Shown: positions 1-9,875 of the stretch, piece by piece | How positions within the stretch are numbered: the first letter of the stretch is position 1 | Layout of the letters: every line of letters starts with the position of its first letter | Source: Flavobacteriales bacterium | Lineage (GTDB): Bacteria; Bacteroidota; Bacteroidia; Flavobacteriales; UBA7312 | Length of the DNA: 64,000 nt | Reading direction: 5' to 3' | NCBI GenBank assembly: GCA_016779995.1 | Contig: JADHMO010000005.1 | Location: forward strand, 99 to 64,098 | Notes under the pieces: model-generated | Told to the model about the DNA's origin: nothing | Database searches by the model: none | Seen by the model: the letters and a program-made list of their open reading frames with translations, nothing else | Translations under genes and position numbers: made by a program

Positions 1-28
1 CTACTAGAGAATAAGGGGATTTTCTAAG

Positions 29-114
29 TACCCAGGGCGGGACTTGAACCCGCACGGACATTACTGTCCATTGGATTTTAAGTCCAACGTGTCTACCAAT
101 TCCACCACCTGGGC
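29..114 (-). tRNA. tRNA-Leu (anticodon TAA)
   Basis: The reverse complement folds as a cloverleaf. Acceptor GCCCAGG/CCTGGGT (first pair G-U), anticodon stem TTGGA/TCCAA with loop CTTAAAA, long variable arm TGGACAGTAATGTCCGT, T arm GCGGG-TTCAAGT-CCCGC, discriminator A. No CCA is encoded. Confidence 0.9.
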
Positions 115-130
115 TTGGACTTAATTCAAT

Positions 131-155
131 AAAAATCCTCTTTAAAAAAGAGGAT
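131..155 (-). terminator. Intrinsic terminator between tRNA-Gly and tRNA-Leu
   Basis: 8-bp stem atcctctt/aagaggat (135-142 / 148-155) with a 5-nt loop, followed on the minus strand by a T run (A run 131-134 on plus). Confidence 0.5.
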
Positions 156-159
156 GTTG

Positions 160-231
160 AGCGAGTGATGGGATTTGAACCCACGACCCTCACCTTGGCA
201 AGGTGATGCTCTACCCCTGAGCTACACTCGC
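160..231 (-). tRNA. tRNA-Gly (anticodon GCC)
   Basis: The reverse complement reads GCGAGTG-TA-GCTCAGGGGTAGAGC-A-TCACC-TTGCCAA-GGTGA-GGGTC-GTGGG-TTCAAAT-CCCAT-CACTCGC-T. The cloverleaf is complete, the anticodon is GCC and the discriminator is U. Confidence 0.9.
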
Positions 232-286
232 AATTGGAGGGCAAATGTAATATATTTTTCAGATTACACAAACCCTCTTTTGTTTT

Positions 287-2899
287 TTATTTGCCTGTCA
301 TCTTTTTTATCTCATTCAATTTCATCAATGCCTCAACAGGCGTTAATGAATTGATATCTAAATCTTGAATTTCATCTCTGATACGCTCCAAAATAGGATC
401 ATCTAATTGGAAGAAACTCAATTGCATTTCATCGTCTTTAGCAATTAGGTCTTTTGCCTTATTCTCTTGCGAAGCATGAGCTTTTTCTAAGCGTTTCATT
501 ATAATGTTGGCTCTATCAACTACTGATTTAGGCATGCCTGCCATTTTTGCCACGTGAATACCAAAACTATGTTCACTGCCGCCTTCAACTAGTTTCCTTA
601 AAAATAATATCTGATTGCCTATTTCTTTGACTGATACATTAAAGTTTCTAATCCTTTCAAATGATTTAGTCATTTCATTCAACTCATGATAGTGTGTCGC
701 AAATAGTGTTTTAGCTTGTGTGCTATGTTGGTGTAAAAACTCAGCTATGGCCCAAGCTATAGATATACCATCGTAGGTACTCGTTCCTCTGCCAATTTCA
801 TCAAGAAGAATTAAACTTCTATCCGAAACGTTATTTAGGATACTGGCTGTTTCGTTCATTTCTACCATAAAAGTAGATTCCCCCTGGGAAATATTATCCG
901 AAGCTCCTACCCTAGTGAAAATTTTATCAACTAGACCTATTGTAGCACTTTCGGCTGGAACAAAGCATCCTATTTGAGCAAGTAAAACTATTAATGCTGT
1001 TTGTCTTAAAATTGCGGACTTACCTGACATATTAGGACCAGTAATCATGATAATCTGCTGCTGTTCTCTATCCAAGTATATATCATTAGCAATGTATTCT
1101 TCTCCAACGGCTAGTTGCTGTTCAATGACAGGATGTCTACCATTTTTTATGCTTAGACCATAGTCTTCTGAAATTTGAGGTTTAGAGTAACGATACCTTT
1201 TAGAAAGCTCTGCAAAAGAATGTAATACGTCTAATTGAGCTACTCGCTGAGCGTTAATTTGTACATCAGGAATGAAATCTATTAAACTTAACACCAAATC
1301 ATTGAACAATTGTGTTTCAAGAGCTAATATTTTTTCTTCAGCTCCTAAAATTTTAACTTCCAATTCTTTTAACTCCTGAGTTATATAGCGTTCTGCATTG
1401 ACTAGTGTTTGCTTTCTAATCCACTCTTCTGGCACTTTATCTTTATGAGTATTGCGTACTTCTAAATAATAACCAAAGACATTATTAAAAGCTATCTTTA
1501 GAGAAGGTATAGCTGTGCGCTCCGTTTCACTTTCAAGTATTTGTTGAAGTAAGAAATGGCTATCTTTAGATACGGAACGTAAGTCATCAAGTTCTGTATT
1601 CACTCCTTCTGCAATAACCTGCCCTTTATTTATGGCTATGGGTGCATTATCATCAATTTCATTTTCAATTCGGTTTCTGATAAACTCGCACAAATTAATA
1701 TGGTCAGCAAGTTGAATAAGTGCCTTATTATTGGAATTTTCTAAAAATTCTTTGACTGGTTCAATAGCTATTAAAGCACGTTTTAACTGAACCACTTCTC
1801 TGGGGTTTATTCGAGCAGTAGCTACTTTAGAAATGAGTCGTTCTAAATCTCCTATCTCTTTGATATGATTAATAACATCTTCCTTTTCAGAGCTTTCTTG
1901 CATCAAAAATTCGACAGCTGACAATCGGTCTTCTATAAGTTGTTTTTCTTTTAATGGAAATGCTACCCATCTTTTCAACAGCCTTGAGCCCATAGGAGTA
2001 ATACTATGGTCTAAAATGTCCACTAAAGTGGTCGCTCCCTCATTGGAAGAATGAAACAATTCTAGATTTCGAATAGTGAAACGATCCATCCAAACATGCT
2101 TTGATTCTTCAATACGCTGAAGGTTAGCAATGTGCTTGATATGGTGGTGCTGTGTTTCGGATAAATAGTGTAAAACTGCCCCCGCAGCTACAGTGCCTTC
2201 TGTCAATGCTTCTACACCAAAACCTTTGAGTGAAACTGTACCAAAATGAGATAAAAGCTTTTCTTGTGAGAATTCCGATGTAAACACCCAGTCTTCTAAT
2301 GTGCTGGTGTAGTATTTGTCTCCGAATAAATTTAAAAACTTCTTGTGATGCTGTTTTTGAAAAACAATTTCAGAAGGATTAAAACTTTGCAATAACTTGC
2401 CAATGTATTCGTCTTGTCCTTGAGCAACTAAAAATTCGCCTGTAGAAATATCTAGAAAAGATAGCCCAATATCCTTAGCACCAAAATGAATAGATGCTAA
2501 AAAATTATTAACCTTTTGGTCAAGTACTTTATCGTTATAGGAAACGCCTGGAGTTACTAATTCGGTTACACCCCTTTTTACAATTTTCTTAGTGGCTTTA
2601 GGGTCTTCTAATTGATCACAAATGGCTACTCGCTGACCCGCTCTTACTAACTTTGGCAAATAGGTGTCTAAAGCATGATGTGGAAAACCCGCCAAAGCAT
2701 CGTTAGATGAGCCATTGGACCGTTTAGTTAGTGTTATACCTAAAATTTTAGATGACAGCACAGCATCTTCCCCGAAAGTTTCATAAAAATCTCCAACTCT
2801 AAACAACAACATAGCATCAGGGTATTTAGCCTTGATACTGTTGTATTGTTTCATAAGTGGTGTCACTTTAGCTACAGTTGTATTTTTTTTAGCTGCCAA
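287..2899 (-). CDS. mutS: DNA mismatch repair protein MutS
   Basis: 870 aa. N-terminal mismatch-binding motif [17 protein letters not shown], Walker A GPNMSGKS, and [14 protein letters not shown] plus THYHEL in the ATPase domain. Confidence 0.97.
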   Translation of the reverse strand: MAAKKNTTVAKVTPLMKQYNSIKAKYPDAMLLFRVGDFYETFGEDAVLSSKILGITLTKRSNGSSNDALAGFPHHALDTYLPKLVRAGQRVAICDQLEDPKATKKIVKRGVTELVTPGVSYNDKVLDQKVNNFLASIHFGAKDIGLSFLDISTGEFLVAQGQDEYIGKLLQSFNPSEIVFQKQHHKKFLNLFGDKYYTSTLEDWVFTSEFSQEKLLSHFGTVSLKGFGVEALTEGTVAAGAVLHYLSETQHHHIKHIANLQRIEESKHVWMDRFTIRNLELFHSSNEGATTLVDILDHSITPMGSRLLKRWVAFPLKEKQLIEDRLSAVEFLMQESSEKEDVINHIKEIGDLERLISKVATARINPREVVQLKRALIAIEPVKEFLENSNNKALIQLADHINLCEFIRNRIENEIDDNAPIAINKGQVIAEGVNTELDDLRSVSKDSHFLLQQILESETERTAIPSLKIAFNNVFGYYLEVRNTHKDKVPEEWIRKQTLVNAERYITQELKELEVKILGAEEKILALETQLFNDLVLSLIDFIPDVQINAQRVAQLDVLHSFAELSKRYRYSKPQISEDYGLSIKNGRHPVIEQQLAVGEEYIANDIYLDREQQQIIMITGPNMSGKSAILRQTALIVLLAQIGCFVPAESATIGLVDKIFTRVGASDNISQGESTFMVEMNETASILNNVSDRSLILLDEIGRGTSTYDGISIAWAIAEFLHQHSTQAKTLFATHYHELNEMTKSFERIRNFNVSVKEIGNQILFLRKLVEGGSEHSFGIHVAKMAGMPKSVVDRANIIMKRLEKAHASQENKAKDLIAKDDEMQLSFFQLDDPILERIRDEIQDLDINSLTPVEALMKLNEIKKMTGK

Positions 2900-2938
2900 G
2901 AGTCTATTTTATATAGTTTTGTACTTTCATTATAAAAG

Positions 2939-3466
2939 ATGCGTAAGTTAAAAAATAAGGAGCTAAATAGACTCAATTTAGAAGAATTTAAAAACAAAAA
3001 AAAAGTACCTATCATAATTGTACTAGATAATGTACGCAGCGCACACAATGTAGGCTCTGTTTTTAGGACTTCTGATGCTTTTTTGATTGAAAAAATTATG
3101 CTTTGCGGCATTTGCCCAATACCACCAAAAAACGAAATTCGCAAAACAGCTCTGGGTGCAACGGAGTCTGTGGACTGGGAATACTTTAAGGATAGTACAG
3201 ATTGCATAAAAGGACTTACTGAAAAAGGTTATAAAATTGTTAGTATTGAACAAGCCGACAATGCCACCAACCTAAACAACTATGAAATGGAAAAATCTCA
3301 AAAAATAGCTTTAGTTTTTGGCAACGAGGTCAATGGTGTGAGCGAAGAAATTATCCAACTAAGTGATGACGTTATAGAAATACCCCAACACGGAACGAAA
3401 CACTCTTTTAATGTATCCGTAAGTGTTGGGATAGTGCTATGGGATTTAAGCCGTAAAATAGGCTAA
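2939..3466 (+). CDS. TrmH/SpoU family RNA 2'-O-methyltransferase
   Basis: 175 aa. SpoU motifs NVGSVFRTSDAF, LVFGNEVNGVS and IEIPQHG..HSFNVSVSVGIVL. Diverges from mutS. Confidence 0.88.
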   Translation: MRKLKNKELNRLNLEEFKNKKKVPIIIVLDNVRSAHNVGSVFRTSDAFLIEKIMLCGICPIPPKNEIRKTALGATESVDWEYFKDSTDCIKGLTEKGYKIVSIEQADNATNLNNYEMEKSQKIALVFGNEVNGVSEEIIQLSDDVIEIPQHGTKHSFNVSVSVGIVLWDLSRKIG

Positions 3467-3469
3467 CTA

Positions 3470-5008
3470 TTATTTTTTGATAATAAAATCAACCCTTCTA
3501 TTGACTTCATTCAAATAAGCTTCTATCTGATAATTTTCGTATTCTGAAGATGCATCAAAACCTTGTTTTAAAACTAATGGATTGGTTTCTCCTTTTGAAA
3601 CGACTTCCAAGCGATTGGCATCTATTCCGAAAGCTTCTACTAAATAATTAATTGCCGACTGTGCCCTTCTCTTGGCTAAATCAGCGTTGTATTCTATAGT
3701 GCCACGACTATCGGCGTGCCCAACAACAAAATACTTTTCTTTAGGGTTATCTCTCATAATTCGCGCTGCTAATGCTAATCGCTTAAAATCCTCTTGACGA
3801 ATTACATCACTTGAAGTATTAAAGAACAAAGACGGTAAAATTGTAACGCCACTAGCATTATTAGAGTTGGCTTTATTGACCGTAATTCCTTGATAATTCA
3901 CTAAAGCATTTTTAGCTGACTTCTCTAAATCTCTACTGTCTGGAACACCATCACCGTCACTATCAACCTCAACACCTTTAGCATTTACTTTGGCATTTTT
4001 TACAGTGAACAAATCCTCATCTTGATAATCGTAAACACCGTCCATATCTACATCAAGAGGTACTCCAGAACCATCAACAACTACTCCTTCTGGAGTGTCA
4101 TTTTGCTTATCAAAGGCGTCAGCCACACCATCGCCATCAGAATCTCTAGACATTGACTGTACCTTCTTTTTTAATTTACTTTGAGTGTGATATACTTCAT
4201 CAAGAGGATTATACCAGTGCAAAGAAGATTTCTTAGGCCCTAAATTGAACGTTAGTCCAAGAGCAAAAGTGACAAATTTATCGTTCTTTACTCCGTTGAC
4301 ATCTTTAGCTGAATAATGAGTCAGGTCTAAATCGTCTGAGTTAGCAATGTAGTATTTTACTTTTCCAGAGAGGTCAATACGATCACTTAATGGGTATATC
4401 AACTGGGTAGCGAACTTGTAATACAACTCCGTTTGTCTATCTCTCTTTTTTAATTCGTTATTTTCATAATTGGATTCATAGCCCCTTAAAGCAAGTATCT
4501 GACTTTTCTCTAAATTTCTAAGAACACTTCGGAAAGAAATAAGTCCCAATCCAAACTCACCAATGACTTTGATTTTTGATTTTTCATACCTGTTTGTGTT
4601 CAACACCAAATTAGACAGATTAACCAACAAACTAGCATCGTAATTGAAATATCTGTTTTTAAACTTAGTTGACGAGGTGTCAATAGACTCGTTGTAAACT
4701 GTTGAACAGTGTTTACATTTTCCAAACTCTCTCCTAAGCCCTGCTAATTTACCTATTCCAATTTCTCCCTGCAGTCCATATACGTTATTGAACATTTTCT
4801 TAGCATTTAAAGCTCCTGAAAATCGAAACTCATTGAAGTTACCATATGAAGAAGGATAAAAGTCGTGTTGCTTTATATCACCAAGAAATACATTAGATGA
4901 AAAATCTGCACCTAAAGAAATTGAATTATAATTTGTCTTTTTGCTTTGTGAAAAAGTGGCTAATGAAGATAATAACATCGCCAACAATAATGGCATTAAT
5001 TTTTTCAT
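3470..5008 (-). CDS. OmpA family outer-membrane protein with thrombospondin type-3 (DxDxDG) repeats
   Basis: 512 aa. Signal peptide MKKLMPLLLAMLLSSLATFSQ, Asp-rich Ca-binding repeats (DSDGDGVADAFD, DVDMDGVYD, DSDGDGVPDSRD), and a C-terminal OmpA-like motif VVGHADSRGTIEYNADLAKRRAQS. Confidence 0.9.
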   Translation of the reverse strand: MKKLMPLLLAMLLSSLATFSQSKKTNYNSISLGADFSSNVFLGDIKQHDFYPSSYGNFNEFRFSGALNAKKMFNNVYGLQGEIGIGKLAGLRREFGKCKHCSTVYNESIDTSSTKFKNRYFNYDASLLVNLSNLVLNTNRYEKSKIKVIGEFGLGLISFRSVLRNLEKSQILALRGYESNYENNELKKRDRQTELYYKFATQLIYPLSDRIDLSGKVKYYIANSDDLDLTHYSAKDVNGVKNDKFVTFALGLTFNLGPKKSSLHWYNPLDEVYHTQSKLKKKVQSMSRDSDGDGVADAFDKQNDTPEGVVVDGSGVPLDVDMDGVYDYQDEDLFTVKNAKVNAKGVEVDSDGDGVPDSRDLEKSAKNALVNYQGITVNKANSNNASGVTILPSLFFNTSSDVIRQEDFKRLALAARIMRDNPKEKYFVVGHADSRGTIEYNADLAKRRAQSAINYLVEAFGIDANRLEVVSKGETNPLVLKQGFDASSEYENYQIEAYLNEVNRRVDFIIKK

Positions 5009-5124
5009 AGTTTAAGATAATTTAATAAGGTGCTAAAATAACTTAAATTTTGTTACGTTGGCATTGTTAACAATTTGATATTCAAAATTAAAATATACAG
5101 ATTTATATATTAGCCTAATAAACA

Positions 5125-5132
5125 TATATTTG
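5125..5132 (+). promoter_or_regulatory. Bacteroidota -7 promoter box (TATATTTG) for the 5168 gene
   Basis: Exact match to the TAnnTTTG consensus, 36 nt upstream of the ATG at 5168. Confidence 0.4.
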
Positions 5133-5167
5133 CATACAACTATTTAATCTTTAATCATATTTCCAAA

Positions 5168-6847
5168 ATGAAAAATAGACACTTTTTCAGATTACCTCTT
5201 TTATTTTCACTTATACTATTAATCAGTTCTTGTGGACTAGATTCTATGGTTTCAAAATTTAACACGCTAAACTTCACTGTTACCCCTACCCAAGTGGAAG
5301 TTCACGGTGGAAATATAGAAATTGAGCTTGAAGTAAAAATTCCTGAAAAATATTTCCAAAAAACTGCAGAGGCTGACTTCAGAGCTATGCTTGCTCCATC
5401 TGCTGATAGTGAAGCTAAAGTATTTTTTGATCCTGTAAAACTTCAAGGAGAAAAAATTTCTAGCAATGGTAAGACTATTGGTTACATAACTGGCGGTCAA
5501 TTTACTTACAAAAGCACTGTTAAATATAGTGAGGAAATGGCTGATTACGACTTATTCGCCACAGCTATTGCTACAATGAATGACAACAGTAAGAGTCTAG
5601 GTGCTATTAAAGTTGCTGAAGGTGTAATGGCTACAGCTACTAGAGTAAAAGACAGTGAAGAAGCTGCTATTTCTAATCACACTTACGAAAAGGTAACCGT
5701 ACTAGAAGAAACGGCAGTCATTTATTTCACAGTTAATCAGTCTAATGTTAGGTATTCTCAAAAAAGCTCAGACGAAATTAAACGCTTGAAAGAATTTGCT
5801 AAACTGGGATATGAAACTAAAAATATAGAGATTACTTCTTATGCTTCACCCGAAGGAACTTTAGATATAAATGATAAAGTATCAGATAACAGAGGTGAAT
5901 CTACTTTTAGCTACGCAAAACAATTAATGAAAAAATTGAAGGTCGAAGGTGCTAACAATAATGATCTGTACATTAAAAGTTCTAAAGGCGAAGATTGGGG
6001 TGGATTCAACAAACTGGTTAATTCTTCTGACATGAAGGATAAAAATAAAGTATTGAACATCGTTAGAAATCAAAAAGATCCTCAAAAAAGAGAAGAAGCT
6101 ATAAGAGATATGGCTGAAATTTATGACGCTATAGAAGATGATGTATTGCCTAAACTAAGAAAAGCAACTATTACTTTGAGAGTATATGAACCTAAGAAAA
6201 CAGATGAAGATATTGTTTCTCTTGCTATAGCAGACCCTTCTCAACTTGATATTAAAGAAATGCTTTACGCTGCTTCATTAATTGAGGATAACTCAATTAA
6301 AAAGACTATCTATAATACCGTCAGCAAGTCATTCCCTAATGATTATAGAGCTTATAATAATTTAGCGGGGATTTATATTAAAGAAAAGAATATGAATAAA
6401 GCAATTGATATGTTGGGTAAAGCCTCAAAATACAATGCAAATGCTCCTGAAGTGAATGAAAACAAAGGTATCGTCGCAGCTTTAGAAGGAGATTATGATA
6501 AGGCAGCATCATTATATAACTCATCAAATGCATCGGATACTAACAAAGGTATTTTAGCTATCAAAACTGGAGATTATAGTTCAGCTACTGCCAAGCTAAA
6601 AGGCAATGGCTATAATGCTACATTAGCCAAGTTGATGAATGGCAATCCTGTTGCTACAACTGATAATACTGCAGAAGGGAATTACCTAAATGCAATAGTT
6701 AATGCTAGAACTGGAAATTACGATAAGTGTATTGATTTTTTATCTAAAGCTATTCAAATGAATGCTAATTATAAAAACGATGCAGTAAAAGATTTTGAAT
6801 TTAAAAATCTTAAAGATAATGCCGACTTTCAAGCATTAGTGAATTAA
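5168..6847 (+). CDS. Lipoprotein with degenerate OmpA-like (ASPEG) segment and C-terminal TPR repeats; function unknown
   Basis: 559 aa. Lipobox LLISSC. The segment ITSYASPEGTLDINDKVSDNRGEST resembles OmpA-C-like domains. The C-terminal third has TPR-like AYNNLAGIYIKEKNMNKAIDMLGKA repeats. A strong terminator follows. Confidence 0.75.
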   Translation: MKNRHFFRLPLLFSLILLISSCGLDSMVSKFNTLNFTVTPTQVEVHGGNIEIELEVKIPEKYFQKTAEADFRAMLAPSADSEAKVFFDPVKLQGEKISSNGKTIGYITGGQFTYKSTVKYSEEMADYDLFATAIATMNDNSKSLGAIKVAEGVMATATRVKDSEEAAISNHTYEKVTVLEETAVIYFTVNQSNVRYSQKSSDEIKRLKEFAKLGYETKNIEITSYASPEGTLDINDKVSDNRGESTFSYAKQLMKKLKVEGANNNDLYIKSSKGEDWGGFNKLVNSSDMKDKNKVLNIVRNQKDPQKREEAIRDMAEIYDAIEDDVLPKLRKATITLRVYEPKKTDEDIVSLAIADPSQLDIKEMLYAASLIEDNSIKKTIYNTVSKSFPNDYRAYNNLAGIYIKEKNMNKAIDMLGKASKYNANAPEVNENKGIVAALEGDYDKAASLYNSSNASDTNKGILAIKTGDYSSATAKLKGNGYNATLAKLMNGNPVATTDNTAEGNYLNAIVNARTGNYDKCIDFLSKAIQMNANYKNDAVKDFEFKNLKDNADFQALVN

Positions 6848-6870
6848 AAATATAAATAGGATTTAATGAA

Positions 6871-6899
6871 AACCTGACAAGTACTTGTCAGGTTTTTTT
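6871..6899. terminator. Bidirectional intrinsic terminator
   Basis: Perfect palindrome aacctgacaagt/acttgtcaggtt (6871-6894), flanked by an A run upstream and T7 downstream. It sits between convergent genes. Confidence 0.75.
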
Positions 6900-7530
6900 A
6901 TGCTAAAGTAATTCGGTGAATACCTTTATCGTATAACTGAGTTGTTAAACTTAGTAATTGCTGAAAAACATTATTCTGGTTTACGAAGTCAACCTCACTA
7001 ACATCAACAATTAGAACTGGGAATTCTGAGTGTTTTTTGAAGAAATCGAAATACTTATTTTGAATGTCTGAAAGGTAATCATCAGAGATATTTTGCTCAT
7101 AACTTCGCCCTCTTTTTTTGATATTCTCTTGCAAACGTTTTATATCTGAATGCAGATAAATGATTAAATCTGGCTTTGGCAAATTTTTCAACGCTATATC
7201 TGATAATCTATTGAATAACAAAAGCTCGTCATCACTAAGGTTGTTTTCGGCAAACAACTTAGATTTTACGAAGAAATAATCCGATACAATTCCTTTAGAA
7301 AATAAATCTTGCTCTCGTAAATCACCCAATTGTCTGTAACGTTCTGCCATAAAGAAAAGTTCCAAAGAAAAAGCGTAGCGTTCAGGCTGATTGTAAAATT
7401 TTGGAAGAAAAGGGTTGTCAGCAAACTCTTCTAAAACAATACGGTAGCCAAGTTCTTCAGCTAACATTTTCGAAAAGGTAGTTTTACCAACACCAATGTT
7501 TCCCTCTATAGTAATAAATTGATAACTCAT
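6898..7530 (-). CDS. Deoxynucleoside kinase (paralog 1)
   Basis: 210 aa. P-loop IEGNIGVGKTT, LID-region KRGRSYE, and the dNK-family pattern FLPKFY..ERY. Confidence 0.9.
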   Translation of the reverse strand: MSYQFITIEGNIGVGKTTFSKMLAEELGYRIVLEEFADNPFLPKFYNQPERYAFSLELFFMAERYRQLGDLREQDLFSKGIVSDYFFVKSKLFAENNLSDDELLLFNRLSDIALKNLPKPDLIIYLHSDIKRLQENIKKRGRSYEQNISDDYLSDIQNKYFDFFKKHSEFPVLIVDVSEVDFVNQNNVFQQLLSLTTQLYDKGIHRITLA

Positions 7531-8012
7531 AATTTTCTTACATCAGAATTGTCACTGCAAGAATACAACAATTGACTAATGGTTTTGTCAAATTTTGGAT
7601 GAATTTGATTAGGCGCGATTTCTGCTAAAGGTAATAAAGCAAATCGTCTATTCTGTAAATGAATATGTGGAATAATTAAGTTAGTATCATTAACTAATTC
7701 TGTATTAAACAAAAGAATATCTATATCAATAGTTCTTGCTTCATAATTATCTGTATTGGCTCTTATCCTTCCCAATTGTTGCTCTATTGAAAGACAAGCA
7801 TCTAAGGTTTTAAGAGGGGATAATTCAGTAGAAACTAGTAAGGCTTGATTCATGAAATTATTTTCATGCTGAAAGCCCCAAGGTGGCGATTCATACAAAG
7901 ATGATGAGCTACTGACAACACCAACACTCAACTCCAACATACGAATAGCTTGTTGAAATAACTCTTTAGAATTACCCAAGTTGCTACCTAAAAGCAAATA
8001 CACTGTATTCAT
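7527..8012 (-). CDS. folK: 2-amino-4-hydroxy-6-hydroxymethyldihydropteridine diphosphokinase (HPPK)
   Basis: The ORF track extends to 8387, but recognisable HPPK sequence begins at MNTVYLLLGSNLGN (ATG at 8012). Motifs PPWGF and IDIDILLF are present. The extra 125 codons run across the divergent sppA promoter and into its start region. Confidence 0.88.
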   Translation of the reverse strand: MNTVYLLLGSNLGNSKELFQQAIRMLELSVGVVSSSSSLYESPPWGFQHENNFMNQALLVSTELSPLKTLDACLSIEQQLGRIRANTDNYEARTIDIDILLFNTELVNDTNLIIPHIHLQNRRFALLPLAEIAPNQIHPKFDKTISQLLYSCSDNSDVRKL

Positions 8013-8068
8013 AAAAACGAAAATAGATAAAGGCTTTAAATTAAACGAAGTAATCTGAATAAAAAATG

Positions 8069-8076
8069 TAATTTTG
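8069..8076 (+). promoter_or_regulatory. Bacteroidota -7 promoter box (TAATTTTG) for sppA
   Basis: Exact TAnnTTTG. The ORF-track TTG start at 8074 lies inside this box, which argues for the ATG at 8104. Confidence 0.45.
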
Positions 8077-8103
8077 CTACACTTTAAATATAAAATAAAA
8101 GCT

Positions 8104-9861
8104 ATGCTACGATTTCTCAAAAGTGTCCTAAAATCTGTTTTAGTTACACTAATTTCTTTTTTTATCATTGTTTTAATTTTCATAGTTATTGGTCTATCAT
8201 CAAGTATGGAAGAAGTTGAGAAAATCAAAGAAAACACCCTTTTAGAGATAACCCTTTCTGAAAAAATAATTGATAGAACATCCGAATTTGATTTTGACTT
8301 TAGCTCTTTGAATAACGAATCGTCATCTTTAGGCTTAGACGATATCATTAAATCCATTGATAAAGCTAAACATGATGACAACATCAAAGGAATTTATCTG
8401 AATATAGATATGGTCAACGCCAGCATGGCAACATTAGAAGAAATTCGTGACAAGCTACAAGAGTTTAAAGACTCTACAGATAAATTTATTCTATCATACA
8501 GCGAAATATATTCTCAAAAAGCAATTTATATTGCTTCTGTTTCTGATAAAATTTACCTACATCCAGAAGGTTTTATAGAATTCAAAGGAATTAGCTACGA
8601 GGGTATGTTTTTTAAAGAAGCCCTAGAGAAATTGGAAGTAGAACCGCAAATAATACGACACGGAAAATTCAAAAGTGCAGTCGAGCCATTTATGCTTGAC
8701 AAGATGAGCGATTCTAATAGAGAGCAAGTTCAACGCTTTATCAATTCAATTTGGGAAGATGTAAAATTAGGGGTTTCTGGTGGTAGAAATTTGCCTAATG
8801 AAGAATTGAATAATATTGCAGAAAATTTCTTGATTCAGTCTGCTGAAGATGCTGTTGATTACAAATTAGCTGATGCCTTACAATATCAGGATCAAGTTGA
8901 CGACTCCTTGAGAAAAAAATTAAATCTTGAAAGTGATGCAAAAATTGAAAAAATATCACTCAAAGAATACGCTAATGTACCAGTCAGTAAAAAGAAAAAG
9001 TTCTCAAAAGATAAGATAGCTGTTATTTTTGCCCAGGGTGCTATCAATAGTGGTGAAGGAGATAATGAAAATATTGGCTCAGAAACAACCTCTGAAGCTA
9101 TTCGTGAAGCTAGAAAAGACAAAAAAGTTAAAGCCATTGTGCTAAGAGTTAATTCCCCTGGCGGTAGTGCCTTGGCCTCTGAAACTATTCTCAGAGAAAT
9201 GGAGTTAGCTAAAGAAGTAAAGCCCGTGGTCGTATCAATGGGAGATGTTGCAGCTTCTGGCGGCTACTACATAGCATGTAAAGCCGATACCATAGTCGCT
9301 AATCCTACAACTATTACTGGTTCAATCGGTGTATTTGGCGTCCTGATGAATCTTGAAAAAATGATGAAAAATAAGTTAGGCATTACTACTGACAGAGTAA
9401 AAACTAATCAGTTTGCTGATTTGGCCTCACCAACACGTGCGTTAAATGAATCCGAACGAGCTATCATACAAAATCAAGTAGAGATGATTTATGATAAATT
9501 TATTACGCATGTTGCCGAAGGAAGGAATATGACTAAAGAAGAAGTTGACTCTATTGGTCAAGGTAGAGTATGGACAGGAAAAGATGCTATTGAATTAGGC
9601 TTAGTAGATGTTTTAGGAGGCATGGAAGATGCTATTAATATTGCTGCAGATATGGCTAAGCTAGAATCCTACAGAATCACTAAATTACCCATTGAAAAAA
9701 ATCCTTTTGAAAAAATCTTTGAAGATTTAGGAAGTCAAGTAAGAAGTGGAATTATCAAAAATGAACTTGGCAAGACCTATCCATATTATCAAAAGGTCAA
9801 TGAGTTGATTAATATGGATAAAATACAAATGCGTATGCCTCATCAATTTGAAATTTACTAA
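8104..9861 (+). CDS. sppA: Signal peptide peptidase SppA, 67K type
   Basis: Two tandem S49 domains. Motifs RVNSPGGSA and catalytic-Ser MGDVAASGGYYIA. N-terminal TM anchor. Start moved from 8074 (TTG) to the in-frame ATG at 8104. Confidence 0.9.
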   Translation: MLRFLKSVLKSVLVTLISFFIIVLIFIVIGLSSSMEEVEKIKENTLLEITLSEKIIDRTSEFDFDFSSLNNESSSLGLDDIIKSIDKAKHDDNIKGIYLNIDMVNASMATLEEIRDKLQEFKDSTDKFILSYSEIYSQKAIYIASVSDKIYLHPEGFIEFKGISYEGMFFKEALEKLEVEPQIIRHGKFKSAVEPFMLDKMSDSNREQVQRFINSIWEDVKLGVSGGRNLPNEELNNIAENFLIQSAEDAVDYKLADALQYQDQVDDSLRKKLNLESDAKIEKISLKEYANVPVSKKKKFSKDKIAVIFAQGAINSGEGDNENIGSETTSEAIREARKDKKVKAIVLRVNSPGGSALASETILREMELAKEVKPVVVSMGDVAASGGYYIACKADTIVANPTTITGSIGVFGVLMNLEKMMKNKLGITTDRVKTNQFADLASPTRALNESERAIIQNQVEMIYDKFITHVAEGRNMTKEEVDSIGQGRVWTGKDAIELGLVDVLGGMEDAINIAADMAKLESYRITKLPIEKNPFEKIFEDLGSQVRSGIIKNELGKTYPYYQKVNELINMDKIQMRMPHQFEIY

Positions 9862-9875
9862 TCAAACATTCTCAT

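Noticed and set aside
2872-3253. Minus-strand ORFs 2872-3207 and 3023-3253 overlapping the TrmH-family gene.
   Set aside because: They are antisense to a gene with clear SpoU motifs, and their translations are low-complexity.
8013-8387. The 125-codon N-terminal extension of the folK ORF (the ORF track gives 7527-8387).
   Set aside because: Recognisable HPPK sequence starts at MNTVYLLLGSN (ATG at 8012). The extension is low-complexity. It also runs antisense across the sppA promoter box and into the sppA coding start.
9862-9875. A preQ1 riboswitch upstream of the YhhQ-like queuosine-precursor transporter.
   Set aside because: The intergenic gap after sppA is only 14 nt, which is too short for any preQ1 aptamer.
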